Shown: positions 25,654 to 38,851 of the stretch, piece after piece | Layout: the number at the start of each line of letters is the position of its first letter | Numbering within the stretch: the first letter of the stretch is position 1 | Assembly: GCF_964355755.1 (NCBI RefSeq) | Contig: NC_092678.1 | Span: 388,422-452,421 of the forward strand | DNA from: Antedon mediterranea | Taxonomy: Eukaryota; Animalia; Echinodermata | Direction: 5' to 3' | DNA: 64,000 nucleotides | Made by a program: the position numbers and the translations under genes | Notes under the pieces: model-generated | The model's input: the letters and a program-made list of their open reading frames with translations, nothing else | Database searches by the model: none | Told to the model about the DNA's origin: nothing

Positions 25654-28596
25654 GACATTAAGAAACTCTTAAGTTGTTTTCGTTGTTGTTTTTCCAAACT
25701 ACTTTATAAACGATGCATAAACCTATTCTCATCGTCCTAATGTACTGTACTATAAATTTTGATCTTGCTGACTAATTGTCGTAATCCATGACATGCATAT
25801 AAAACGCTCAAGAGGGTGCGAGTTTGTTACCTTAAAGAGTAGTATGGTTGATTGATAAATGCATGGAGTCAAATAATAAATAGTATTTTGATCTGGCTGA
25901 CTGATTGCCGTATCAGTCGCACCCATATAAAACGCTCAAGAGGGTTTGGGTGAGTATCTCGGCGGTAATGTTCCCATTAGCTGATTCATTAATGAGATTC
26001 ATTGCACTATTTCCTTTTGTACTTGGTACAATTTCTTTTAAAGTTTTCCGTTCTATTATTAGCAATAGAAGAATGGAAATAATCTCTTAAGATGACGCCT
26101 CATATTGTTCAACATAATTCTATGTAATTTATATATCTTGTGTATATGTTTGTCTTGTGAAATTATTAAATAGTTTATCCATCCTGTAATTGGCGGGTTA
26201 CTCGCTGTTGGATGAGTATGAAATAAAATAAAATTAAAATAAAATAATTTCCAGTCGAAAAGTTGCCTCATATCCTTCAACAAGTTTCAGTCAAAAAGTT
26301 CATTGCTGCATTTAACTTTTTGAGGTATGTGGCTTCCTGGCGCAAAGACAAATAGTCTTGATTTATCTATGGTGGTAATGTAGTCGAGACCTTGATTTTG
26401 AAGACCGGAGAATGCAAGTCGCAAATTTCATTGAATTTGGAATTAAAATAAAAAAGTGCCTGTTCACAATCCTTGGCAGAAGTTCCAGAGTGTGATAGCT
26501 AGATCAGACTGAAACCGTTCAAGATCAAAATGTCTGAAAGATTTGCCTTTCACTATGATAGGTGTTCTCTGGAAGTCTTGCGCACAGTTAGGACACAGTC
26601 ATGATCACTGATGGTAGATTGATCCAGGCAGATAGCAGAAGTAGAAGTGATTCTGGTTGGTTGATTTATCAGGCAATGCAGATTATACTGGTTAGTGAGC
26701 TGGTTGAATTTATACCACAATTGGCCATTTTTGTCAAATGTGTTACAGTTAAAATCACCCAAACATATGATGACTTCGTAAAATTAGGAAAAAATATTGT
26801 CAAGTGAAGTTTCCATGAAATCAAAAAAAGCAATTGTGTTATCATGAGGATGATACACTACTCCAACCGCAAAAGGATTGAAATAGCCACTTCACTATCA
26901 TCAATAAAATCACTAAGCCATGTTTCACTTATGGTCATAATGTTGTTCTGCTGCATTAGAATTGTAAGCTCGTCTACTTTGTGATAAAGCGGATCGCATG
27001 TTCAGGTGGGCTATGCAAATTCCTTTGTGGGATTGCGAGCGATTAGTCAATGTTTCAAAATCATTAACAACGCCAGTAGAATTACTAACTGCTTGCTCGT
27101 CTTTAGCTAGACCCGGATTAAATTCAATATCACCAGATAGAGTCAGATGCAATGTGCCATAATATGCTGTTTGTCTTTTGCTATACTTGCGTTTTTATAG
27201 TTACATATATATCTGTATAGTCAAGGTATCCAAAGTACATGGCACTAGCTACGCAGACTAGTGTAGAATTGTGAAAAATGTAATACAGTATAATAATATA
27301 CCGGGAAAAAATCCGTATAAAACAATACATTAGGACGATGACAATATGTTTATTATAAACATGGTGTGCGCATACAAGATTTATATCTTTAAAAATCACC
27401 TCTCGTGAGAATGCTCTTCTCGCTGATCAATTTTGTGACCAGTAGATTGGAAATCTTCAATGCATTTATCAACCATAATACTCTTGGGCAATTCCATAGT
27501 GCAGAGGATTTTTTTCCATTTTTTCAAATTAAACCAATCAAACTATATTTGGTATCAAATTAAAGATTATTTTATAGAGAATTAGGTTATATGAAAAAAA
27601 AAAAATTAGCGCATTGATATGATATGGAAAATTTGATTCAAAAATTGATACCTAAAAATGTAATGAAAATGAGAAATGTATGACCTTTTTCAGCTTCAGT
27701 AATAAATAATCAGAGTGGTGTAAAAAGTTAAAATCCATGTTATTTCAGTTTAGTACATTACATTTTTGACACTTGGACAAAAAGAAAATTAATTTCTGAT
27801 TTTACATTAATTAAATTTGGCCCAATAATAATGTATCATATTTTGTAATTCCGACACAAAAAAATGGGTTTTTTTAGGATTTCTAATAAAATAATAACTT
27901 CTGTAAAAAATCAAGACTAATGCAAATCAAGCAAGAGTATAGACATTATATTATGATAATTATTGTTTTTAATTTTTTTAATTTCTTAAGTTATTGAAGT
28001 TTTAAAACTGAAATTCCGTCACAAATCCTTGGTTGCGGAATTACGTAATTCCACAACACTATTATTTAACATAGTATTGATGCAAAAACATTTTTTAAGC
28101 AACTTTTTCTCAGCATGAACACAGCTACCAGCAACATTTGTACAAAGTTTATGTGGTTGTTTATTAGTATGGATCTATGGCTTCTTTGGTTCGATTTTTT
28201 TCTCAGGCCTAGGAACTCTAATAATTTATTTTGTTATTTATCACACCTGCCATTAATTAAATACGAACAATGTCCAATGTACAGAATAAGTTATTACATA
28301 ACTTCCAGACTTTTCTCATAATTAAAACTAATTCATGTGACTCACTTGCACTCTCAGAATAATTCCAATTGTACAGAAAGAACAACTCCCATTAGTACGG
28401 AATAAACAATTCTTTTTAAATTTCTATTGGCTATTCATGACAACGCCTACCTTATTTGCATTGTTTCTATTGGGTGACAAATAATGTGGGCGACACCTGA
28501 CTTCTTACCTATAGGTATATCTAGGCAATTGAAGTAATAATGTTTTCATTTATCAACCAATTATCGGAAAAGCAATCAATAGAAACTTAACCAGTC

Positions 28597-31500
28597 ATGC
28601 CGTTATCATCTAAAGAAAGATCCAGGAGGTATAGAGAGCGTCTAAAGGAAAATGGAAAACATGATGACTACAAACAGAAAGATCGACAGAGAAAGCAATC
28701 AAAAAGAGAGGCTCTTCACGGCTGTTTCAGAGCGACATAAAGTAGTGAGCCCTCTATCGGTAAAAGTTAAATATTTTCGAAATTGAGGGCGCTATACAAA
28801 CGCGGAAACGATTTGTTTTTATTTAGCGAAAATAATTACATCATATTTAATCAACGAATCAGAAGCCTTTGGTTGTTGAAATCGGTGAGATTTCTTATGA
28901 ATATTCATTAGGAATGTCCTGGTTGTTGTGGGAATCGATTTTGAGACACGAAGCTTGAATACTTTGGTCGTGGTGAGTAGTTGAAATAATGAGATATTTT
29001 AATAGTTTTTTTGTTGCTTTTTGTTATGATTACGGCAAAAATTGCACCACGTGTCTGTTGAATTTTTTAAAGAACCAAAATAAACATTTTTGGGTACTTA
29101 AATAGTTGTTGAACCTCTAGAATTAAAATTGTTTTAACGGCAGATCTAGGCCCAGTTTACCACTCATTCAAAGTTTCATGGCTAAACCCACGTGTTTTAC
29201 GTAGGTGGGTGGGCTTTAAACACACTAGAGCCTATACTCGGGGGACTGTTGTATCTAGTTACTATGGCCAGGATCTGTTAATTAAATAAGTTCAGGCTTT
29301 TGGTGTTCAAGAAAAATAAAAGATTTCTATTTATAATAATATACAGGCCTAGAAGCGTACTTAACAATAATTAATACATTTATTGAGCCTATATGGTACG
29401 ATACGAGGCCTATATAGGTACATACTATAGAGTAGCGCCATATATTATATAGACATCGACTCAAGACTTGGCCTATTTATGTCATGATTTATAGTCGACA
29501 AAGGCAAGGCAAAATCAATATTTTTTTTATTTTTGCATCACGCATGTTGACCCCTTGTATGCATATTCCAGCACCATCACTGCTTGCGAATTATTATTAT
29601 AGCGTGTGTAAAATATTTATTAGTTTCAATTGATTGCGTACAATTTTTTTTATAGGATGAAAACCTTTATTCCTTGGACGTGTGACTTCACTTCACTTTT
29701 CACGAATGATTGCAAACTCAAAATGGAACTGTTTTATCAACTGGTGTTCATGCTTCCAATTACTAATCCATTCATAGAAGAAAGTTCCAATGAAGTCAAT
29801 AGTGACTGAAAATAGACACGAGACCGGACATATTTCGACTTTAGTTCATCGAATTATGTAAATTTATCTAAGAAAAGATTTACGTTAAAATATAAATATT
29901 AATATTTTGAAGCTAATCTAGATTGTGATGACATTTTATAATTATTGTTGTAGGCCTATTGTTTTTTAGTTTTAACACAAAATATTAAATTATATTTTTA
30001 TTAGACTAGAGTAAATATATTGTATAAAGTGATATATGTAATTTAAAATATACAATCAACTGGATATTGAATCAATGTTTTTGTTATTTCCAAGTCTATA
30101 TCTACTTAGTATCATGCCTATCAGCCTAGGCCCATTATCTATATAAATATAGGGACATACATAGTAGGTATACTGATACTGTACTTGATGCCTAAACAAT
30201 AAATTAATTTCTATTATAAATAGGTCTAGCCATACATTTCCTAAAAAATATGGCATGTTACAAATTGTAATAATAATGAAAATAAGTATAAGACCTACTT
30301 TTATGTTCAAAACACAATTTTTGTATGTAGGCCTAATTAACAAAATGTAGGCCTACTTCACTACTATTACTAGCCTAGGTAGGCTACTGTGACCGTGTAA
30401 GTCCACCCACCAAGCCTATCAGACCTACACAGTAGGCCTAAGAATCACAAATTGATTAAAATAGCCATTTTATATGCTTAATTTTAACATAGTTGCAGGT
30501 TTGCCGTTAAACTGGGATTTTGCAGGTTGATAACTAAATAGTTTAAGATTACTATTTTCTTAACAAATCTCCGAAAAAAAATTCGACGGACGAACGAGAA
30601 GACGATAAATCTGACGAAATTTCTGCCGTAAATTGAGGGCGCTTTAAATATTAATTTCGTCGATTGTTTTGTATTGCAAGGCCTTCAATAAAGTAGCGAT
30701 ATTTTTATCTACAAACACAAATTTCGTAATATGTTTATTATTTTATGTTCTTGAAAACTTAGTAAAACAAATAATATCAACAATATTAGACATTTTATTA
30801 ATTATTTTAGAATTCCATGTATAAATATAAAAGCATTATTATACATTAAGGAAGTAAACGAACTATGCAGCGTTGCTAAGTATCGGCGGTGCATGGAAAC
30901 AATGAAAAAGTGTTCGAGAACACGCGGCTAGCGAATAAAAGGAAAAGCGCGTTGTAAACACTTAATGTCGCGCATTACGTGCGTTGAAACAGCCGTGTCT
31001 TACACCTAGAAGTTTGCAGAAATTGAAATGTTCCCAGCGAGAAAATACAAGACGACACAGAGCTAAAAAAAGAGCAATGGAAGAACAAGACGGAGCAAAA
31101 TATTCTGCGCAAAGTCTTGGAAAAGCAGTGAAGCATGCTAAAAGAAATCTCCCTGGGACTCCTCGTAAGGACTTCCGGTTTAAAGTTGTACAAGTTTTAT
31201 CAAGAGAATTTTGCAATGTTGAGCTTACTACGCCCATTAATACTGGCTGTTAGGGTATTGGCAAGAAAGTTGAGGAAACTGTTGAAGCATATTTCTGCAA
31301 AGACGACATATCTTGGCAGAGTCCAAATCGCAAAGATGTTATGGTTATAAAGACAGATGGTGAGAAAAGATATGTGCCAAAGAGATTTTTACTGATGTCG
31401 CTCAGAGAATGTCATTCTCTTTATCTATTAAGTCATCCAGATAAACCTATTGGACTGTCTAAGTTCTGTTCTCTAAGACCAGCTTTTGTAAACCTATTTC

Positions 31501-33000
31501 CCACATACGTTATGTGTTTGCAAATATCATGAAAATGTGAAGCTTCTTTTGCAAGTCGTGAAAACTGCAACAAAGTGTGAGCACGTTAGCACAGAATTTC
31601 GCAATTTTATTGGATCAATAACATGTGACCAAGAAAATAAAGCTTGCATGCTGCAGAGCTGTGATGGCTGTTCATCCAAATTCAATGACCTTTTCTGTTT
31701 CCCAAACATGAATGACAAGTCTATCGTATGGCATCAGTGGATTTCTGTCGAAGGCCACTTTGAAAAGGTTCAACAACATGGAACACTGTTAGAATGTGTT
31801 GATCTCCTTCGGGAACAAGTCCCTGCCTTTCTGATTCATACATTTGTGAAACGACTACAGAGTGCAGCATTTGAAGCGCACAAGAAGAGTTCGTCAACTG
31901 AAATGGCTGTTGTCCAGATTGATTTTGCTGAAAACTTTTCCATCATTCATCAAAATGAAATACAAAGCGGGCACTGGAATCATAGCCAGGTTACCATCTT
32001 CACCTGCTGTGTTCATGCTGGAGATAAAGTATATTCATATGCAATTGTAAGCAATGAACTCAATCATGGGAAATATGAAGTTGCAAAATACTTGGACTTT
32101 ATAATACAGGACTTGAAGGTGAAATTACCAAGTTTGCAGCATATCAATTTCTACAGTGACGGGGCTGCCAGCCAGTTCAAACAAAAATATTTGTTTGAAA
32201 ATATAACTTATTTTAAAGATGATTATGGAATCACATGTGCCTGGAATTTCTTTGCAACATCGCATGGAAAAGGTGCGGTAGATGGCATAGGTGGTCTCAT
32301 TAAGAGCATGGTTCATTCAAAGATAAAACTTGGCCGATTCGTGAGTGATGCTGAATCTTTCGCAAAAGTTGCAAGTGAAGCTGTGAAAGGGGTAAATGTC
32401 GTCTACATTTCGGCTGAAGACATTCAAAAAGATAGAGCAAAGATGGATAGTCGTTGGGAGAATGTTAGAGCCCTCCCAAGTACACACAGCACTCATCATG
32501 TAGTCCCTACAGGGCTCCATACTGTGAACTATGCACAACATACTTCTTCTAAAGACAAGAAAGAGTTCACTTTAGTAGTTGATTCAAGAAAAGACCATGA
32601 AGTTGCCACAACATCAGTAGCTGACTCATCATCTGCACCAACGTCTGTAACAAAGGAACCGACAAAGGAACTGACAAAGGAACCGACAAAGGAACCGACA
32701 AATGAACCTATAAACGCACAGAAAGGAGATTTTGTTCTTATCAAATATACCATAGAAAGAAGCAAGAAAATTTTTAACTATGTTGCAATAGTTGATGACA
32801 TTCCTAAAGACAAACCAGAACTTAACATTATTCATTTATATAAGTTTGATAAAGAAGGGAAGATTTTTGTTGTTAAAGACTTGGTTGGGACTTATGGGAT
32901 AATTAATAGAGATCAAATTGTATCTGTACTCCCAGCACCATTGATGGACTCTAAAGAAAGGTATCACTTTAAAGAACCACTTCCACAGACTATGGGATAA
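28597..33000 (+). pseudogene. Sola2-like transposase, disrupted by a nested insertion and two frameshifts
   Basis: MPLSSKERSRRYRERLK joins in frame across 28716/31002; CVCKYHEN, IDFAENF, QNEIQSGHW, SDGAASQFK, FATSHGKGAVDGIGG. Confidence 0.85.
28717..30997. mobile_element. Non-autonomous Chapaev/CMC-like element nested in Sola2
   Basis: TIR CACGGCTGTTTCA..TGAAACAGCCGTG; 4-bp TSD TCTT; removing it restores the transposase frame. Confidence 0.85.
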
Positions 33001-33926
33001 AATCTTTTTTGGAATACGGTCAATAGTCACTGTAAACTTAAACATGTAAATAACATTAATTCAACTGTATAAATTCCGTAATCATATTCATATTTCACCT
33101 ATATATCACAATACTTATATAGAAAATGTACTTTTATTCTTATCAGATATTGGTATGTGTTTATTATTATATTTAGTAATATTTCTAATTCAAAATACTC
33201 TAATATAATCCATATATTAAAACAAAATAAGTTCATATTTTTGTGATATTAATATCTGTTTTTAGAACCATTAGTTCAAATGAAATAAAGTTTTTTTTTT
33301 TAACATTGCAACAATTTTGTAAGACTTTTTTTTCTTAATATATTGTGTTTTCCCTTAAAATTATTCAGAAACCCTTATTAAATAAATTTAAAGATGGTCT
33401 GCAGATTTCAATTTCAGAGGTAATTCCGTCACTGTAATTCCGTCACAGGACCGTGTGTCAAATTATTACTATATATCAAAAACTGAAACTTTTTTTTAAA
33501 AACAAAAACTTATGTTCAATACTACATTAAATAATGGCTAAATTGAATGTATTAATTTTTTTAATTTCCAGTACAATTCACAGAGTTTTAATGAAATGTT
33601 TAGGGGTAAAAATGAGGTTGTTTTTCTGCGAAATTCCGTCACGATATATGTTTTATGATATTATAAAAAAATATGGTTGGTTTTTAAATTTTTTTTGTGT
33701 GGAAATAATTAGTAGAATCACTAGCTATTAAACTATTAAACTTGTTTTGAAATCTGCCTTAAACTAAAAAAGATACAAGGAATTTAAATGTAAAATTATG
33801 GAAAATGTGTAATTCCGTCACCGTGGAATTGCCCTCTTTTTAATTTAGCAAACCCAAACCCTCTTACTTAAAAAAATTCAAAATCTAACATAGCCTAATC
33901 TTCTGAACAACAACACAACAACTTAC

Positions 33927-34074
33927 TGCAGATTTTGTCAAAAACCTTTTTTTGCTCAAATGTTAAAAAAGCGAATCCACACTTCTTGCCCAATTTCTGC
34001 TCCGGTGGAATGTATACAGATTTTTCCATACTGGAATACGTATATCTTCTGTCTCTTGGGTCCACACTGCATTC
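33927..34074 (-). pseudogene. Complete RRM exon with acceptor and donor (5-bp deletion relative to the other copies)
   Basis: tttacag|GAATGC..GGATTCGCTTTTTTAACATTT..TGCA|gtaagt. Confidence 0.65.
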
Positions 34075-35668
34075 CTGTAAACAAAGTTATTGTTAAAGTT
34101 AACAAAGACTATTGATGTGATATTGTTCAGTTCTATTCATTAACAATTCTATCTAGGCTTGTAAAATTATAGATTCGCAAACACATTTGAGGATTGAATA
34201 TGGCTTTATTATCAACATAGCCTCATCACAAACCCACCACGCCATAAAGCTGGCTTGAAGAAAACCATTTCCATAACCGATTTGATTAACATCTATCAGA
34301 GCCATATATATGAAACGTTTATTTTTATTACAAAATCTAGAAGTTGATGAGTTGTAGATATTGGATCATGCATCAATAAGGCTAAAAAAACATTGTGACG
34401 TCATCGTATGGCCACACAAATGTAAAATATAGGAATTTTTGTCTCTTTCGTTATTGCTCATCATATTCAATGGAGCGCATCACGCTTATCTGTATTCCTT
34501 TTTCTCCGACATTTTAATATTGTCTAGGTCAATCAACTATCTTTCGCAAGAGATAAAAATATTTTAATTTTTATGACGTCATCATGCCTAAAAATTTAAA
34601 TTACATGGGTCATTAATTTCATCTTTACAGTAAATTTTAATCTGTAATAGCACGCAAGAATAAAATGTGATAATCACGATTAAAGCGTTTTCTGGAAGCT
34701 ATTGGATTGTAGATACGAATTCATGTGAACATATTGCCAATCGGATGTTGTGACGTCATCATATGGCCACTTGACTTTAAAAAGTCGTATTTTCATCTTT
34801 TGCATCATAGTTCATTACATTTAAAAGAGCGCGCATCCATATTTCACGTATTCAAATTTCTTCTACACGTTAATATTTTGTTGCTGAGATAATTTCCTTC
34901 CGAAATTGCTACCTTCGCGTTTCATTTCGAAACCGTCAACATGTTAAAAATTGTAATAAATAGGGAGTCCCGTAATTTCACCTATTCTACACTGTATGTA
35001 ATATACAGATTATACTGTGTATACTATATGACACAAAATAACAGAATTCAGCAATAACAACATATAATATTCTTCAGTTCAGGTCATAATGCCATAATCT
35101 TTTTCTGTGTGCAATATTCCAACGTATGACGTGCACCTGGCGTTTCTCGTGCGGATAACTAACTGGTCAAAGTAACGAGTTTCATGTCTAGTTAAAAATT
35201 GTAATGTAATGCAATGTAATTGCACATTTTACGGTGAAATATCGTTGTGCACAGCGAATAGAAGTACTTGCGGCAAAGAATATTGCGCACGCATGCAACT
35301 AGTACATTATAAAGTTTAATAATTCATAATGCATGCTTTGATGACTTAAATAAAATAATAAAGTGTTGTGGATATATTTGTTAATATACTGAAAAGGGTA
35401 TGAACAATATTATATAATACAAATAAAATGATGAATGATTCTCTGAATCTTAATAACGTTGGCGGCGCAGTTTGTGTCAAAAACACAGAGAGCCAAATAC
35501 TGCATAAAAAGAGGGGTGAATTTGTGTTTTTTGTATTGGTTCATGCTTTGATGTATCCTAAATTGTTATACAAAAGATACGCGCGCGCCCCAGCGTGCGA
35601 ATTCTTTGCCCCAAAAATGGCTTCTAATTTTCAATGTCGCAACTCTTTATATATATGGCTCTGACATC

Positions 35669-37753
35669 TATGCTTACATAGCGCCCTCTATAATTACCGT
35701 ACCTTTAGTGTTTGGAAGTATGGATACGGTAGCCATAACGATTTTGTATTTAAATTTAAAGACATTTTTATAAAAATGTTTTTTTTTATTTTTTCTAATA
35801 GTTATAAGTAGAACTACTGGGCCTAAATACTATTACTACACCTTTTTTTGGCCTATCTACTGTAGCATCACCGCTCCATTACTAATACCACCTACCAACC
35901 AACCCGACTGTACTGCGATTCGGGCCGCGTTTAAGACTACAGACAGACACAAAAAGGCACACATGTTTGTTGAATTGAAACGAAATTTACCGGTCCCAAA
36001 GAATTGTTATAATTAAATTCATTGTTTTTAATAATCACATAATGATAAAAACAACATCCTACATATATACAATCAAATATTTCAGTTAAAATTTTTATAA
36101 AGAATACTTACTTATTTTACTTTTGCCGCCGCTATGACTGCAACCAAAACGAAAAATAATTAAGAGACCAGGCCAGACGCGCCTTACTTAAATACACACG
36201 AAAGACACATGTGACCTGAACTGAATTACAAAATGGCGGATATGGTGTTTTCATCATATTAATTGGCAGGATAATTTGAGAATAAAATAATTTGAACATC
36301 AGTTTACAGATTTTTGATGAAAAATGGTTAATATAATTTATATTCAATCAATTCATATTTCCCAATTGTGAATCAAAGCATATAACGTAACATTCCTGAA
36401 TAAATTAAAAAATAAATAAAAATACAGTTTTTCTAATTCTGGCAATACCGATAACCAGGTTCATTAATATTCATGAGGAGGAAACATGAATATTCAATTA
36501 GTTTCGCGATAACGAGGCTCTACTAATAAAAGGCTATAAAGTTTAATCTGCATGTAAACTTTGTTTTACTTCTTCAATCCATGGTTTAATTTAATAACAT
36601 AAAACTTTACAAACATCGAAACATAAGGCCAGTCATTATTATTCAATATTTCTGTTGTTTAATCAATATTATGTATAGAAATACACAATTTCAAAGGGGG
36701 AATTGTGTATATATTTTTCATATGTATTGCTTTGAGATACCACACATTATATTATCTGTTATAACGTGTACATCCAAATAAATAGATACAATTTTTAAAT
36801 AATATAATACAAGCGTGGCTTCAGTAGCACACATGCATATCTCTACATCACTATGAAGCGTGGCTTCAGTAGCACACATGCATATCTCTACATCACTATG
36901 AAGCGTGGCTTCAGTAGCACACATGCATATCTCTACATCACTATGAAGCGTGGCTTCAGTAGCACACATGCATATCTCTACATCACTATGAAGCGTGGCT
37001 TCAGTAGCACACATGCATATCTCTACATCACTATGAAGCGTGGCTTCAGTAGCACACATGCATATCTCTACATCACTATGAAGCGTGGCTTCAGTAGCAC
37101 ACATGCATATCTCTACATCACTATGAAGCGTGGCTTCAGTAGCACACATATGCATATCTCTACATCACTATGAAGCGTGGCTTCAGTAGCACACATATGC
37201 ATATCTCTACATCACTATGAAGCGTGGCTTCAGTAGCACACATGCATATCTCTACATCACTATGAAGCGTGGCTTCAGTAGCACACATGCATATCTCTAC
37301 ATCACTATGAAGCGTGGCTTCAGTAGCACACATGCATATCTCTACATCACTATGAAGCGTGGCTTCAGTAGCACACATGCATATCTCTACATCACTATGA
37401 AGCGTGGCTTCAGTAGCACACATGCATATCTCTACATCACTATGAAGCGTGGCTTCAGTAGCACACATGCATATCTCTACATCACTATGAAGCGTGGCTT
37501 CAGTAGCACACATGCATATCTCTACATCACTATGAAGCGTGGCTTCAGTAGCACACATGCATATCTCTACATCACTATGAAGCGTGGCTTCAGTAGCACA
37601 CATGCATATCTCTACATCACTATGAAGCGTGGCTTCAGTAGCACACATGCATATCTCTACATCACTATGAAGCGTGGCTTCAGTAGCACACATGCATATC
37701 TCTACATCAATATGTTGGTAAAAACTCAAATTTGAGGGCGCTATGTAAGCATA
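35669..37753. mobile_element. TIR-bounded non-autonomous element containing a satellite
   Basis: Perfect 20-bp inverted repeat TATGCTTACATAGCGCCCTC at both ends. Confidence 0.65.
36811..37708. repeat. 45-bp tandem repeat, ~20 copies
   Basis: aagcgtggcttcagtagcacacatgcatatctctacatcactatg, nearly invariant; two units carry +2 bp. Confidence 0.97.
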
Positions 37754-37956
37754 AATATATTCACCATGATGTCAACTTTGTTTACAGAAATGAAAACTTT
37801 GAAAATACAATACAAATAAAACACAATCAAGTCAATTTTTATTTGGATTCATTTTATTTCATTAAAAAAGAAAAAAGCGCAAAAGCACAAATTTGATTCA
37901 TTTAATATAAATGATAAATAACCATTGGTTTAACATATATATCTCGGTTGACTTAA

Positions 37957-38502
37957 AGATGTATTGTCCCTTGAAACACAAAAAATGAAAAAAAAATATT
38001 CTAAATTCAAATTAGCCATATCAAAGTAATATTAAAGTTATTCACTTTAAGTCGAAAAATCGAGCCAAAAACAACAAGTTTACGTAATTAACAGGTAAAT
38101 TAATTAGATTACATTTCGTCTGGGAAATCGTCGCAAGCGAAAGTAAACAAAGATTTCAAACCATGAGTATGCATTATATATGATGCTAATTAGGATTGTT
38201 TACAACTCGTCACGGTTGAGAAGGTGTTTTCACACAGATCGCGAAGAAGTTTTATGATTATGCATACAGAGTAGCCAAACAAGCGCGTTGCATTATGAGA
38301 TATGTTTTGATTGAAAACTTTGACTGGAAGTCAAAGTTATTTTTTGAACAAAAAAACATTTGTATTTCGGTTAAATTATTTTTTTTTTCGACTAATTTTT
38401 GGTGAAAGTTAATAACTATTATGATACTTCAAAATGACCCCCTTTTTTTCAAAATTTAAAAAAAAAATTTTTTTTGAAATTAGTCAAAGGGACAATACAT
38501 CT
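37957..38502. mobile_element. Kolobok-like MITE
   Basis: TIR AGATGTATTGTCCCTT, flanked by TTAA on both sides. Confidence 0.8.
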
Positions 38503-38851
38503 TTAATAAATAATATTTCTATAGAAAATTTACTTTTAAAATTAATTTTCCATATGATTTTACAGATTAAATAATTTCTGACGAAAAAGTCTAAATATAT
38601 AAATTAAATATAAGAAACATTTTTGTACAGCAATTTAATTTTAAAAATATTATCTTTATATGTACTTAAACTTTTCAAAAATGAATATGATTAAAACTAT
38701 TAAACAACACTTTTATTTCAAATTAAAATAAATCAATATTTGCAATATAGTTAATGTTTAAAAAAATGACATGTAATGACATGACATGTAATGGTAACCT
38801 CTCCTAACTTATCTACTACTTACATACCATAACTAATAAAGACAAAACTGA

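Larger units (their letters stand above)
27486..33834 (+). mobile_element. Sola2-type DNA transposon
   Basis: TIR GGGCAATTCCA..TGGAATTGCCC; 4-bp TSD TCTT; empty site at ~1305 and ~17367; subterminal aattccgtca repeats. Confidence 0.88.
1..34074. repeat. Tandem array of a ~10.1-kb mosaic unit (left end outside window)
   Basis: tggcgggttactcgctg recurs at 1, 16063 and 26191 with the same ORF set; 16063-26190 (10128 bp) is the plain unit; 1-16062 is expanded by an internal duplication and a MITE; homology ends at ~34031. Confidence 0.95.

Noticed and set aside
16063-26190. Unit as one autonomous composite retroelement (ORF1+APE+IN+helicase+RT)
   Set aside because: Domains are truncated, out of frame and from incompatible classes; no termini or TSD found. 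Not fully excluded without a genome-wide search
1-27485. Array as a pure assembly artefact
   Set aside because: Three distinct versions with private insertions, VNTR lengths and substitutions; read confirmation is still needed because 1-4600 and 16063-20660 are almost identical
34217-36523. Academ-like element (tagcctc..gaggctcta)
   Set aside because: Match is short and imperfect, no TSD, and it overlaps the 35669-37753 TIR pair
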